Of a DNA stretch of 64,000 nt, positions 51,163 through 62,659 are shown in pieces. The stretch covers positions 73,224,001 to 73,288,000 of the forward strand of contig CM059432.1 in NCBI GenBank assembly GCA_030390025.1, in the 5' to 3' direction. The position numbers were made by a program, and so were the translations under genes. This DNA is from Squalus acanthias. Its lineage: Eukaryota. Numbering within the stretch: the first letter of the stretch is position 1; each line of letters opens with the position of its first letter. The notes under the pieces are model-generated. The model had not been told where the DNA came from. It was given only the letters and a program-made list of their open reading frames with translations, and did no database searches.

Positions 51163-51864
51163 TTCACTGTTCCTCAGGACATCCCAAAATGATGCACAAC
51201 TAATCATTTATTTTTGAAGTGCAATCACCATTATGAAGGCAAATGTGGCAGCCAATTTGTGCACAGCAAGGTTCACAAACAACAATGTGATGAATGACCA
51301 GTTAATCTGTTTGATGTTGGGGGCTTCAGTTTAATATCTCAACCAAAAGACAGTAGGCGGAATTTTCCTTACCTTGGTGGTCCGGTGCGGCTGGTGTCCG
51401 TGGTGGGTTCCAACCCCACTGCTGGCTCCATCCCGCTGTACAAAATGAACTTACCTTAATGGGGCCTATAAAGCCCGCCCAGCACATTACCCGGCCCAAT
51501 GAGATGGAGCGGGTCTGGTGATGTCATTCATGACGTGTTTTCAGCCAGGATCCTTAAAGGGACCCTGGACACATTAAATTTTAAGTACAATCTAACATAG
51601 TGGGTGTTGAATCTTTACTGTACAATCATATAATAAAAGCTATATATGAATGACAAAGAAATATTTAAATCAAATTATCATTAAGTAATATGACTCCATC
51701 TACAAATATGATCAAGAACATCATTAAAAAAGTACATTCATTGTGAAGTTATTGGTGCTTTAGTCACAAATCTATAGACTCTTGTATCAGTAACTGGTAC
51801 AAATAAAAGATGTGTGTGTATAGGTAATACATAAAATTAAGCAGATTTTAAATGTAATTGTAAA

Positions 51865-52021
51865 GGGGTGGATTTACAATCTTATGCAAGTTCAGTGGAA
51901 CAGCTGCGGAATCCCTGACAAACAGTGTAAGTGTTGCTTACAATGTGTTTCTGGGATTTCTGCAGCTCTACCGTTGAAGTTAACAATGGACAAGTAAGAG
52001 AATCTCTGCAGAAATTCACCC
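51865..52021. mobile_element. Ancient hairpin-like MITE
   Basis: GGGTGGATTT / AAATTCACCC ends and internal inverted similarity (AGCTGCGGAATCCC / GGGATTTCTGCAGCT). Confidence 0.5.
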
Positions 52022-52974
52022 TAAAGTCTCAGACTGAAAAATTAAATTAGCCATCTTCAGGGACTGAAAGCAAATTGAACCAGTGGAATGAGTGTTGAGA
52101 ATGAAATTGTTATGGTTGATGACTTGATTTAATGTGTAACTGGACAATCACAGTATACTGTGACAAAAACCTGACCAGAAACAACATAAACATTTATTTA
52201 AATGGTATATGTCATTTTTTATAGTGCAGATCAATTCACTGCAATTACTGTTCAGTTGGAAGGCAATAGCCAAGAATGGCCAGTGAAAAATTAACATTTA
52301 CTAGTAGCTTTTCAAGTAGAACAGAATCTCCATCAGTCTGTTAGCTGATGTAATCAACATGTTTTTATTTTGGTTTGTTTTTCATGCTGTCAAGTAATCA
52401 GCTGGAGCAAGGGCCACGGAACTCATGCCTCAGGTTGACAGATGTGGTTCCGAGCTGTGTGAATCCTGTGGCCATGCAGGGAAATTAAAAAAAGTAGGGG
52501 GAAAAAGGCTCTTAAGTGCCTGTAAAGTGCCTCATAATTATTTCAATTGGGTCCCCTGCCACTGCAGGTCGGGTCAGCTCCACGCTGACAGATGCGCCTG
52601 TGGGAAAGGCACGTGGGAGCGAATTGACAGCTGGTTCCCGTCCCGCTGTCAAAAAAACCAACATTCCCACCCAACCCACCACCGATCACGCCTACTACCA
52701 TCACAGAAAATTCAGCCCAGTACCTTTGATAATGCAGCACTCCACCATTACTGTACCTATGCCTCAGCTTAGCTTGTGTACTTAAGTTCTGACATAGGAA
52801 TTGAACCTACAACTTTTGGATTTAGAAGTGAGGGTGCTACCACTGAGCCAAGCCCAATTACTCACATTTTGCTGTTAAAAAAAGAGGAACTTATTCAAGC
52901 AAGCTAGTTTAAGGCTTGGGCCACTGTAGCAGAAGCTTTCAGCACACTTTAACCACTGGTTGCTTCCATTTTGC

Positions 52975-53340
52975 TTTTTACATAGTTTACATAATATTTA
53001 CAGCACAGCAACAGGCCATTTGGCCCAACAAGCCCATGCCGGTGTTTATGCTCCACACGAGCCTCCTCCCACCCTTCTTCATCTAAATACCATCAACATA
53101 TCCTTCTATTCTTTTTTCCCTCATGTGTTTATCTTGCTTCCCCTTAAATGCATCTAAGCTAGTTGCCTCAACCACTCCCTGTGGCTGCGAGGTCCACACT
53201 CTAACCACTCTCTTGATAAAGAAGTTTCTCCTGAATTCCCTATTGAATCTATTCCGGTCTCCCCCAGAAGTGGAAACATCTTCTCTATGTCTACCCTATC
53301 ACCCCTTTCACGATCTCAAAGACCTCCATCAGGTCACCCC
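52975..53340 (-). mobile_element. CR1 3' end fragment
   Basis: Reverse CR1 tail (ACAGCACAGCAACAGGCCATTTGGCCC) and RT C-terminal DNA. Confidence 0.7.
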
Positions 53341-53399
53341 TTTGGGTCTTAAAACATGATGAGCGTTGCTGTATGATGGTTTTATAATTGAACCATATT

Positions 53400-53812
53400 T
53401 TGCACTCCTTTGAAGAGTTATTTGGCAAAGGCAGCATGGAACTCAGCCATATAGATTGGATGGTTCAGGTCTGCTAAGTTAGTCAAGAGTGATGGTAGAG
53501 GTGCTAGAACTTACATAATTGGGTAAAAAATCTCAAATACATCTGAGCTAGGGAAAGGAAATTAGCCAAGATTCCAGTCCTAATTACTATCCAATGGCCT
53601 CTACTGGAAAGTACGTATGTGTGTGGATTTTAGGTGAGAGCAGGATCAGGCTCAGCTTCATGTTCAGCATGTCGTGAAGCCCGCTGACACTCACTGTCTA
53701 GATTCACATATAGAGAATGGCTACTTGGGCTAGATACTGAAAGGCAACAGGTGCCCATGAAACTGCCCCCTAGCAGCAGTCAATGCTTTCATGAGAGGAT
53801 GAAAGGAGAAAA
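53400..53812 (+). mobile_element. AmnSINE2-like ancient SINE
   Basis: Same motif series as 11070-11440 (GCTGACACTCACTGTCTAG..GAATGGCTACTTGGG..GAGAGGA). Confidence 0.5.
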
Positions 53813-53835
53813 AGCTGTCAAAACAACATGCTTAT

Positions 53836-54050
53836 TGACGTAATAAAGACTCACTACGCACTTGAACATAAAGCAAGGCTTTAATCAACTTGTAACAAAA
53901 CATGGAGGTCTAGTTAGCAGTCACTAGCTTCCTGTTTCCAGATTGTCTCTGCCCAAGGTGGGCCCATGCCTGAGTATTTATACTCCCTGGACGGCGCCCC
54001 AGCTGGCCACCCAGTAGTACTTCCTGAGTTGTTACTTGCGATTTATGACA
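53836..54050 (-). mobile_element. Solo LTR (215 bp)
   Basis: TG...CA ends (TGACGTAA / TTATGACA), 5-bp TSD CTTAT on both sides, and minus-strand TATAAATA followed by ATTAAA. Confidence 0.8.
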
Positions 54051-54351
54051 CTTATATTTTTAAAGATGTATTTGAGATTATTTACCCAATTATGTACGTT
54101 TTGTGGTATGTAATTGTTTTCATTTTGTGTCGCTCTCCCACAAACTTTCCGCTCATGAAGACAAATTTCAATGCCTCCCCATGGTGTCCACTCTCCACTC
54201 GCCAAACTGATTGAATATGTATATTTACTTGTCTCTTCACTCTTGTTCAGGTGTGCCAAATGCGTGTGTTCCTATTCTCAAGGTGTCTGGTCTCCTGCCT
54301 GCCAAGTTCCCTATGTATGAACTCTTTTCTTCATAGTGCCCACACTCTTCC

Positions 54352-54690
54352 CCTTTTTTTTATATTCATTCATGGTATGTGGGCATCGCTGGCAAGGCCA
54401 GCATTTATTGCCCATCCCTAGTTGCCCTTGAGAAGGTGGTGGTGAGCCGCCTTCTTGAACCGTTGCAGTCCGTGTGGTGAAGGTACTCCCACACTGCTGT
54501 TAGGTAGGGAATTCCAGGATTTTGACCCAGCGACGATGAAGGAATGGCGATATACTTCCAAGTCAGGATGGTGTGTGACTTGGGGGGTAACTTGGAGGTG
54601 GTGGTGTTCCCATGCATCTGCTGCCCTTGTCCTTCTAGGTGGTAGAGGTCGCGGGTTTGGGAGGTGCTGCCGAAGAAGCCTTGGTGAGTT
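54352..54690 (-). mobile_element. 3' end of the same LINE family as 19053-22130
   Basis: SPRLLRQHLPNPRPLP..SKSWNSLPNS and the same 3'UTR. Confidence 0.88.
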
Positions 54691-55910
54691 TTGCTTGATA
54701 CCCCATGATGTGATATAGCCCAGTTTATCTGTGCATCTGATTCTGTCCTTTTGCATACTTAATGGTTTTCATTAAAAATTGAATAATCAAGTGCATAATT
54801 ATGTATAATATAAAGAATAGAGTCATTTAAACATTTTAAATAGTGAATTAATCTTATATCTAAATAAAATATGAATTACTATTACTTATTTTAAGAAAAT
54901 AAAGTATAATAGTAATTACTGTGTGTGATTGCTGTCACATATATTGTAAACTATGCCCTATTCTAAATACATAACAGCAGTTTTCCAAGTTCATGCTGGT
55001 GGCAGGGCGCCTGGTTCACTAGTGCTGCATTTAGTGGAATTGCAGATGTGCTGCATATGCTTTCCCTTACATTTTGGACAGAAAATTATGAGAAGTGCAG
55101 CTGAAATTTCCTGATATGGATGGCCATTGGGTGAGGCTACCGACTCACCAGAAGTACAAATTCAAAACACTACCCTCAAGGTGTGCATAGCTTAATTAGT
55201 TGTATTTTGTATAAAGAATTTGCATTATGTGTATGATTCTAATGATATATAGTAAGACTGTGTGCAGATAGAGTAAAAAATGTTTTGATTTTAGTTATAT
55301 ACAATGTAACTATAGATAATACATTTGTGCGCATTTCCTGTCTGACATCATACTCTGATGTTGCACTTTCTGGCTGCGAATCTAATTGACCTTAGAGGGC
55401 GGGTGTGGAGGCGGGTCTGTTGCGAAAATCGGAAAAATTGGCGGCAGGCTACAAACCTGCTGCCATCCCGCCTCCACGCGACTTTAGCAAGTATCGGGTC
55501 AGCCGCTCCCGAACTGACCCAACACCAAATGGCGGGAGGGGCAGTTAAGGCAGTCAACAGCTTGTTAACTGCCTGGATAATCCTATTTTAAAGGCCTGAT
55601 CTGATTTTGCAGGTTTTTCAGCATGATGCCCGCCTTCACAAAAACACGCCAGCTGAATCGAGCTGGGTTGAGCGAGGACCTGAATTGTTGCCAGCTGGTC
55701 GAACAGCTTAAAAGTGGTCCTGCAATCTCTCATTCTTTCACATGCCACAACTTAGTGCTTTGAGGTTTGGGAGACATTTTTCAGCTTTACTAATCTTGTG
55801 AGTGTTGAGGCTGAAATCCAAGTGCAGTGTGAGCTCCTTGGAAGACCCTCTGGTCACTTTGTCTGAGTGCAAACAACCTCCATTCCTCGACTGAGATATA
55901 TACCAGCAGT

Positions 55911-57420
55911 ATGGGAACCATTTATATCTTCTCATCCTGGTCGTCAGATGGGGGATGAGGGGGTGGACACACGAGGAGAGGTTGAGTAGATTGGGACTCT
56001 ACTCATTGGAGTTCAGAAGAATGAGAGGCGATCTTATTGAAACATATAAGATTGTGAAGGGGCTTGATCGGGTGGACGCGGTGAGGATGTTCCCAATGAT
56101 GGGTGAAACTAGAACTAGGGGACATAATCTTAGAATAAGGGGCTGCTCTTTCAAAACTGAGATGAGGAGAAACTTTTTCACTCAGAGGGTAGTGGGTCTG
56201 TGGAATTTGCTACCCCAGGAAGCTGTGGAAGCTACTTCATTAAATAAATTTAAAACAGAAATAGACCGTTTCCTAGAAGTAAAGGGAATCAGGGGTTACG
56301 GGGAGCGGGCTGGAAATTGGACATGAGTTTGAGTTCGGATCGGTCAAGGCCCTGTGGGTGGCGGAGCGGGCCCAGGGGCCGAGTGGCCTGGTCCTGCTCC
56401 TACTTGTGTTCTTTAGAGTTGAGGTTGGATCAGATCAGCCATGATCTCATTGAATGGCGGAGCAGGCTCGAGGGGCCGATTGGTCTACTCCTGCTCCTAT
56501 TTCTTATGTTCTTATGTTCTTATTTGGAGGAAGAGCAGTCGCGGCAGCAGCGCAACCAGGCACAGCAGCAGCATCAACAGCAGGAGCGCCAACCTTCTCC
56601 TCAGCCACCTGATGATGCCCAGGGCAGAGGGCATCAGCGCAGGCCTGCTCCTCGCTGCATGAGAAACCCCCAACACCGGCTTTACAGGCAGAGGATGACC
56701 TTCCTCAACATGAGTGAGTAGCAGTGCCAAAGGAGGCTGAGACTTTCGCGAGACATAGTCGTTGACATCTGCGCAATGCTGCACCAACACCTGGAGCCCA
56801 GAGGAGCGGGTGGACACTCCTTACCAGTGGCTATCAAAGTCACCACCGCACTCAACATTTTTGCTTCGGGCTCCTTCCAGGGATCAGAGGCACACATCTG
56901 CAACATCTCCCAGTCAGCCACACATGCCTGCATCACAGAGGCTACTGATGCCCTCTTTGCAAAGGCGCACAATTACATCCACTTCTCCACGGATGAAGCA
57001 AGTGTAACTGCGCATGTGGTTGGCTTTGCAAATATGGCAGGCTTCCCAAGGGTGCAGGGCGTCGTAGACTGCACACATGTGGCCATTAGGGCACCCCATC
57101 ACAACCCAGCTGTTTTTGTCAACCGCAAGAGATTCCACTCCCTTAACGTCCAGCTGGTGTGTAACCACAGGAAGATCATCATGCATGTTTGTGCAAAGTA
57201 CCCTGGCAGTTGCCATGATTCCCTCATCCTGCAGCAGTCTACTGTGCCTCAGCTCTTCAATCTGCCAACCCAACTTTCCAGATGGTTACTTGGTGACAAG
57301 GGCTATCCCCTGAAAAAGTGGCTCATGGCACCGATGAGAGGCCATCAAATGAGGCTGAGAAGCGATACAATGTGAGCCACTTTTCCACCAGAAGCATCAT
57401 AGAGCAAACCATCGGCTTCA
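55911..57420 (+). pseudogene. Harbinger DDE transposase, disrupted by a CR1 insertion, a stop and 3' truncation
   Basis: [39 protein letters not shown] and IEQTIG motifs. The start at ATG 55911 is inferred. Confidence 0.9.
55953..56523 (+). mobile_element. CR1 3' fragment inserted in the transposase gene
   Basis: ERLSRLGLYSLEFRRMRGDLIETYKI..RTRGH..FFTQRVV, with a (TTCTTATG)n tail. Confidence 0.9.
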
Positions 57421-57514
57421 ACTGTTTGCCATCACTTTTGTTTAATCTCCTCACAAAAGGATGACAATTGAAATTATACAACAGAACAAAACACCCAAGT
57501 GACTACCCTTGTGA

Positions 57515-59374
57515 CTATTTGTGTGTTAGCTTCCTCTTACGCGTGCTTCTACGTGGTGCTTCCCCTGTGGCTTCCGCAGATGTAGAGGCACCTTGCTCAC
57601 TTTGATGCTGCGCCTGCTTAGACACCTTTGGTGGGCGTCCTCTGCGTTTGGGAGCCTGGGAGGGCTCCTCCACATTCTGCTCTTCCTGCGGCTGTGCAGG
57701 GGCTGAGGCGGCCATCTCAGTTTGGTGAGGACTCTGGGGCTCTGACCGAGGGCTCCACAGTGGCATGGTCATGTGAGCACTTGGAGAGGAGCCCACACTT
57801 CCTTGTTGTCTGCCACCAACATCCCTCTCATGGGTCACCCGCACTTCACGGCTAGCAATTGGCTGGAGAGCACCTTGCTGCACATCAGTGGGGACACGAG
57901 GACCCGTCTCAGTACTGACAGTCCTCATTACGGGGACGTCCATGTACCTCTGGTGTCTCTCCTCAATAGATGCCCATTTATCCTCCATAGCAGACCATCT
58001 ATTTAGAAGAGTCACCATGTTCTTGTGTGTTTGGCGAGTTATGTCCTCCATGGAGGTTGCCACCCTCTCCATGGCGGCACGTTCATGCGCCATTGCCTCC
58101 ACCAAGGCAGTGCTCATGTTGGAGATGGACTCCTCCATTCTCTCCACAGTCGTAGTTACCCTGGAGGCAAACCCTGTCAGAGACTCCTGCACTTGTTCCT
58201 GGAGTTCCAGCACCACTCTCCTTCTAGATGGCCCCAGAGGCACAGCGTCTATATGAAGCTGAGCAGAGCTAGGAGCGTCCTGTGACCTCAATCTGCTGAT
58301 GCTCACTTGTGAGCTGTGATACACCAGGTGACAACACTACTCTATGTCGCGAATGACCCTCCGAGGTGTGTGTCTCTGCTCTGGTGCTGGGTGCGCTGGG
58401 TTCTGGTGACGCTGCTCCCTCAGAGGCTGCAGGTTCCTCTGAGGAGTCTTCCGGCTCTTCCTCCTGGACAGTGGGGAGGGGGGCTCTCGATGGTCCTGTG
58501 GGAGAGTAAAGGCATGAGTTGGACATCTGATTTTTAGGTAGCAGACACAACCTATTGTGCAGTTGATCCAAAGTCAATCTCTATGAACATCATATGCCAT
58601 TGCAGTCAATCATGAAATCTAAATGCGAGGGTTGAGAATCTATTCTGTCACCAGCTTCGTCTAGTGCGCTTGTCTCTCCATCCCCCACTTCCAGCTCCTC
58701 GCCACCTCCCACGATGTCATAAGCAGCCTCCTCAGCACTTGTCAATGTCGCCAAGGATGGTGGCTCTCCTCCTGTCTTCCCTCTCCCTCTTATTGTGGGC
58801 TATCTTTTCCTGCAAGGAGGGACACAAGTGGAGTTTCAGCGAGAGTGATGGAGTGACTATGAAGAATTCATAACATAGAAGCTTAGAGGGAGACCAAGAT
58901 GGAGTGAGGTGCCAAGAGGAAGCTAGCTCCCTGTGCGTTGTTAGTTGTTGTCATTGCATAACAGTGAGAGCGAGTGTGAGGGCTGCATAGCAGGATGGTG
59001 AAGTGATTCAGTACAGAGAGAGAGATAGAGAGGTAAGAGTGCAAGGAAAGTAAGGATAAGGTGGGATGTGGAGGGGCAGGCTGACAATGCAGAGTGCTGG
59101 TGATGAGAAGAGAAGGGAAGCAGAATGAAGGTAAGTGTGATGTAATACTCACTTTTGATGATCGTTTCCGGCACTGGATCCAGGTGCGTGAACAAATGGA
59201 CCTTGCGCTGACCTCCTCAGCAATGTGTAGCCAGGCTGCCTTGGTTTGCTGAGGAGGCTTCCTCCGGCCATTGGGAGTGAACAGAATCTCCCTGTGCCCT
59301 CTAACTCCCTCCACAAGAGCTTGGAGGGAGTCCTCATTAAACTGTGGAGCAGCCTTCGCTTTTGCACCACTCAT
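57515..59374 (-). pseudogene. Harbinger Myb/SANT-like protein, 3 exons (59374-59153, 58809-58652, 58495-57515)
   Basis: APQFNEDSLQALVEGV..AWLHIAEEV..RTWIQCRKR. Exon 2 reads EKIAHNKRE..KTGG. GT-AG sites. The C-terminus has a helical region and a basic KRRGRPPK/RKRK tail. Indels and a stop are present. Confidence 0.82.
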
Positions 59375-61754
59375 TGTTGCCTGGGCCCATTCAAACACAA
59401 GCAGAAATGATAAATGAAAGGCTGAGGCTGCATGGGCCCCTTAAAAACAACTGCAGCAATGACATCATCAGAGGCGACTAACAGACCCGATCCCAGTCAT
59501 TGGACCGGCCAGCGCACACAATGGGACTTAATAGGCCAATTAAATAAAAATCTCAATTCGGGAGCGCCTGAAACCGGCAGCGGGACTGGAACCTGCTCAC
59601 CAGGCAACCCGACTCTAACCCGCCTCCTCTATTAAATTCGTGGCCTCTGTGTCACATTTGAGTGTCACAAACTGCTGACACTCTCTGTTGTCACACTTTT
59701 GATTGCCTCACATTTCATATCCTTAAAACAGCAACAAATCAGAACTCTGTAACTGTGAAAGTGGTGAAAATATACCAATAAAACGAGCTGAAACTGAGCC
59801 AATCAAATTGCTCAAAATGTTTTTCAAAATCTTTTCATCCATCATTCTTCTTTCTCACAAGCTCAAATATCCAAAAGTCAAAATAAGATTTATAACAAAA
59901 TAAAAACACAAAACATAATTAATTGACAATAACATAGTTAAACTTACCTATAAAATTGTATTTTCTCTTTCAGTACCTTCACTTACATTTTTACCCAGAG
60001 GTCTCAGCCTCCCTCAAAAGTCTGAAATTGAAGTTAATATACTTCCCAGAGCTATCACTCTGTCAACTAGAGGGAGTTGCCAACTATATTTGCGCTTGCA
60101 CTTCCCAAGATTCTGCAGTCTGTGCAGCATACACTAGTATGTATCCATATGATTCAGTGCAACTGGAAGCATGTCTTTCCTCGGGCTGCAACAGTATTTT
60201 TGTATTTGATGCTCTTATGTTTTACTTTGTTTATACTGAGAATTAAAAAACAATGATTATTTACATAAAGGGGCTGATATTATGAATGTGTGCTCCCAGC
60301 AGGAAGTCTTACCCACCTGGAGCATATATCAAGAAATTACAGATGCGCTGCCCACAATTTTTCTTCTATTAATTTTAATAGATGGAAAAATGTCAGAGTG
60401 CAATTTTATAAAATTGACTCCAAAGATTTCTTCATATAGGAGCAGTGGGTAAGGGAAATACTCATTATTTATTTTCTGTGCTCTAAATGCCTAGGGTTTC
60501 AGTAGATACTCTTTCCAAACCTACCATTCCGTCAGCTGAACAGAGTTATGAACTATACAGTTGCATCCAAATCCCCAGATGCCATAGTCTGAGTGTGTAC
60601 ATTGTGCAGTAATTTCGACATGCATCAATATGATGTTCTCAATGCAAAATCTTGAAGCACGGCTTTTCTCGGGCTGTAAGAGTAATTATGCAGTTGTTTT
60701 TCCAAGTTATTTCAAAACAAGCTGGAACATAAACCATAGAGCATTTTTGAGGTAAGGTTTGACAGAAAATTATTTTTCAGGGATCAGCTTATTTTTTACT
60801 TCAGAGAGACTGCTTCAAAAAGACAGAAGGAGATAGAGAAAGAGCATCTGTGCTTTTTATGCTGAGGATTCAGAAACAACCATTGTTCATATAAAGATTT
60901 ATTTATCCAGCTACAGCGGGTAAAGTAAACACTAATTATTTATTTTTCCAAATGGTTTCAAAACGAGCTGCAGCATGAATCTTAGAACATTCTTACAGTA
61001 AAGTTTGACAGGAAAACTGGCATAGAAATTGGATTGCGCTGCCACAAAAAGGTAAGTATAAACATTATTATTAATATAAATGTGGAGCAGGAGTGCTCCT
61101 CCTGGCTCCAAATTGAAACTGCAGGCTGCTGCCAGTCACTGCTGAACACCCCTCCTGATCTCCTCCCCCACCCCCGACTCACTGTGGGGCCAGTGCTGGC
61201 ATCCCAGTTGACCGACTTTGGGTCTCTTCAGGACCTGTGCACTGCCTCCCAGGGCATGATTGGTGCCCCCAGCAAGCTGGTCGCACCCTGATAACGCAAG
61301 AGGACCAATTCCGTGTGGTCTTCTTGTGCATCAGTTTCGGCAGTCATTGCCGCTGTTGGGTTCAGGCGTGAGTCAATTTCTAACCTGCTATTTTAAGTGC
61401 TGATGTATTTACTTTGGAGATAGAATCAGATAGAGGCAAAGAGATACATAATCGGTAATTTGAAATCCCTCCGCCCAGCAGGGGACGGGAGTTAAAATCC
61501 AAGCAGTGCATTTAAGGCTTGTTACGCCCACGTGGCCATTTTAATGTCGCTGTTTCCTTGGGTGGTTCAGAACCCGTCCACCTGAACCTGCACTGCACAG
61601 GAAGCATGCGCCCCAACTGTGTGTGGAGGCTCACCCATCGCTTAGAACAAATTTCGGGCTGCAGCTCACAAGTAAGTGCCGGGAAGGAGGGAGAGGACAG
61701 AGGGACGGGGGCCAATCATGCCTGGCAGGAGTACCAAATATTATCATATTTGGA

Positions 61755-61990
61755 ATAACAACAGAAAATGCTGGAAAAACTCAGCAGGCGAGGCAGCATC
61801 CGTGGAGAGAGAAACAGAGTTAACGTTTCAGGTCGAGACCTTTCATCAGAACTGGAAACAGCCGGAAATCAAATAGATTTAAGGCAAGGATAAAGCTGGG
61901 AAAAGGGGGAGGGGATGAAAGAACACAAGGAGAGATTAAGAGACATTAAGAGATATTCAAGGCAAGAGGTGGTGTTAATGTGACAGGTTA
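61755..61990 (-). mobile_element. Penelope-like fragment
   Basis: ACAGAAAATGCTGGAAAAACTCAGCAGG..GGCAGCATC terminus (also at 4425-4512) with an adjacent hammerhead motif. Confidence 0.7.
61818..61853 (-). ncRNA. Minimal type I hammerhead ribozyme motif
   Basis: The minus strand reads AGTT-CTGATGA-A-AGGT(CTCG)ACCT-GAAA-CG-TT-AACT: stem I, core, stem II and a palindromic stem III (AACGTT). Confidence 0.7.
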
Positions 61991-62659
61991 AGGCTGAAAG
62001 AAGTGTGAAATCCACTGGCAGAATGAAGGACAGCTGCCAGCTTCTAGGGGAAAAAAAATATATATCATATTTGGGTCAGTTATACCTCCACAGACAAGTC
62101 CAAGAATCTGAGAGCTTGGAGAATTGGAAAACCAGTTACAGACATGCTTATAGGAAATGTTCGGCAATGAGTCCACGTTTTAAATTTTGCCACCTGTCCT
62201 TTAAAGCTGCTACAGAGCTTTAAATTCTGCAGCAACTTAGGATTTCCTAGACTATGTCAAGCAACATCATATTAAAATAGCAAAGGTATTATTAAGGATA
62301 AAAAAGCTTGCAACCTTGAAATTCCTTAGCCTTGTTTTATTTTCTTTAATTTGTTCTTGTCAGGTTATTGATGGTAACAAGACATCTGAAACATAGCCAT
62401 ACGTGACCCAACCTCGAACACACACAAACCTTCAGGCTACCTACAATCAGATTTGTCTACTTTACTCTCCTATTGTCACCAACATTGCTCAACTTTCTAT
62501 TTCTCAAGTATGCTCTAATCCTCAACTATTGATCCTTGAGGTTCTAATTGAGGATGCGACAAGCTCTAGTTATGGTTACTTAAAATCACGTCAATAAATA
62601 CCCCCAATACCACACATAAGAGGACTAAACTATGAACGCTTCCAGCATAAAAACACTCT

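Larger units (their letters stand above)
55372..59645. mobile_element. PIF/Harbinger transposon 2 (transposase + Myb-like gene, convergent)
   Basis: TIRs GGCTGCGAATCTAAT / ATTAAATTCGTGGCC and TSD TCT (55369-55371, 59646-59648). Confidence 0.93.
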
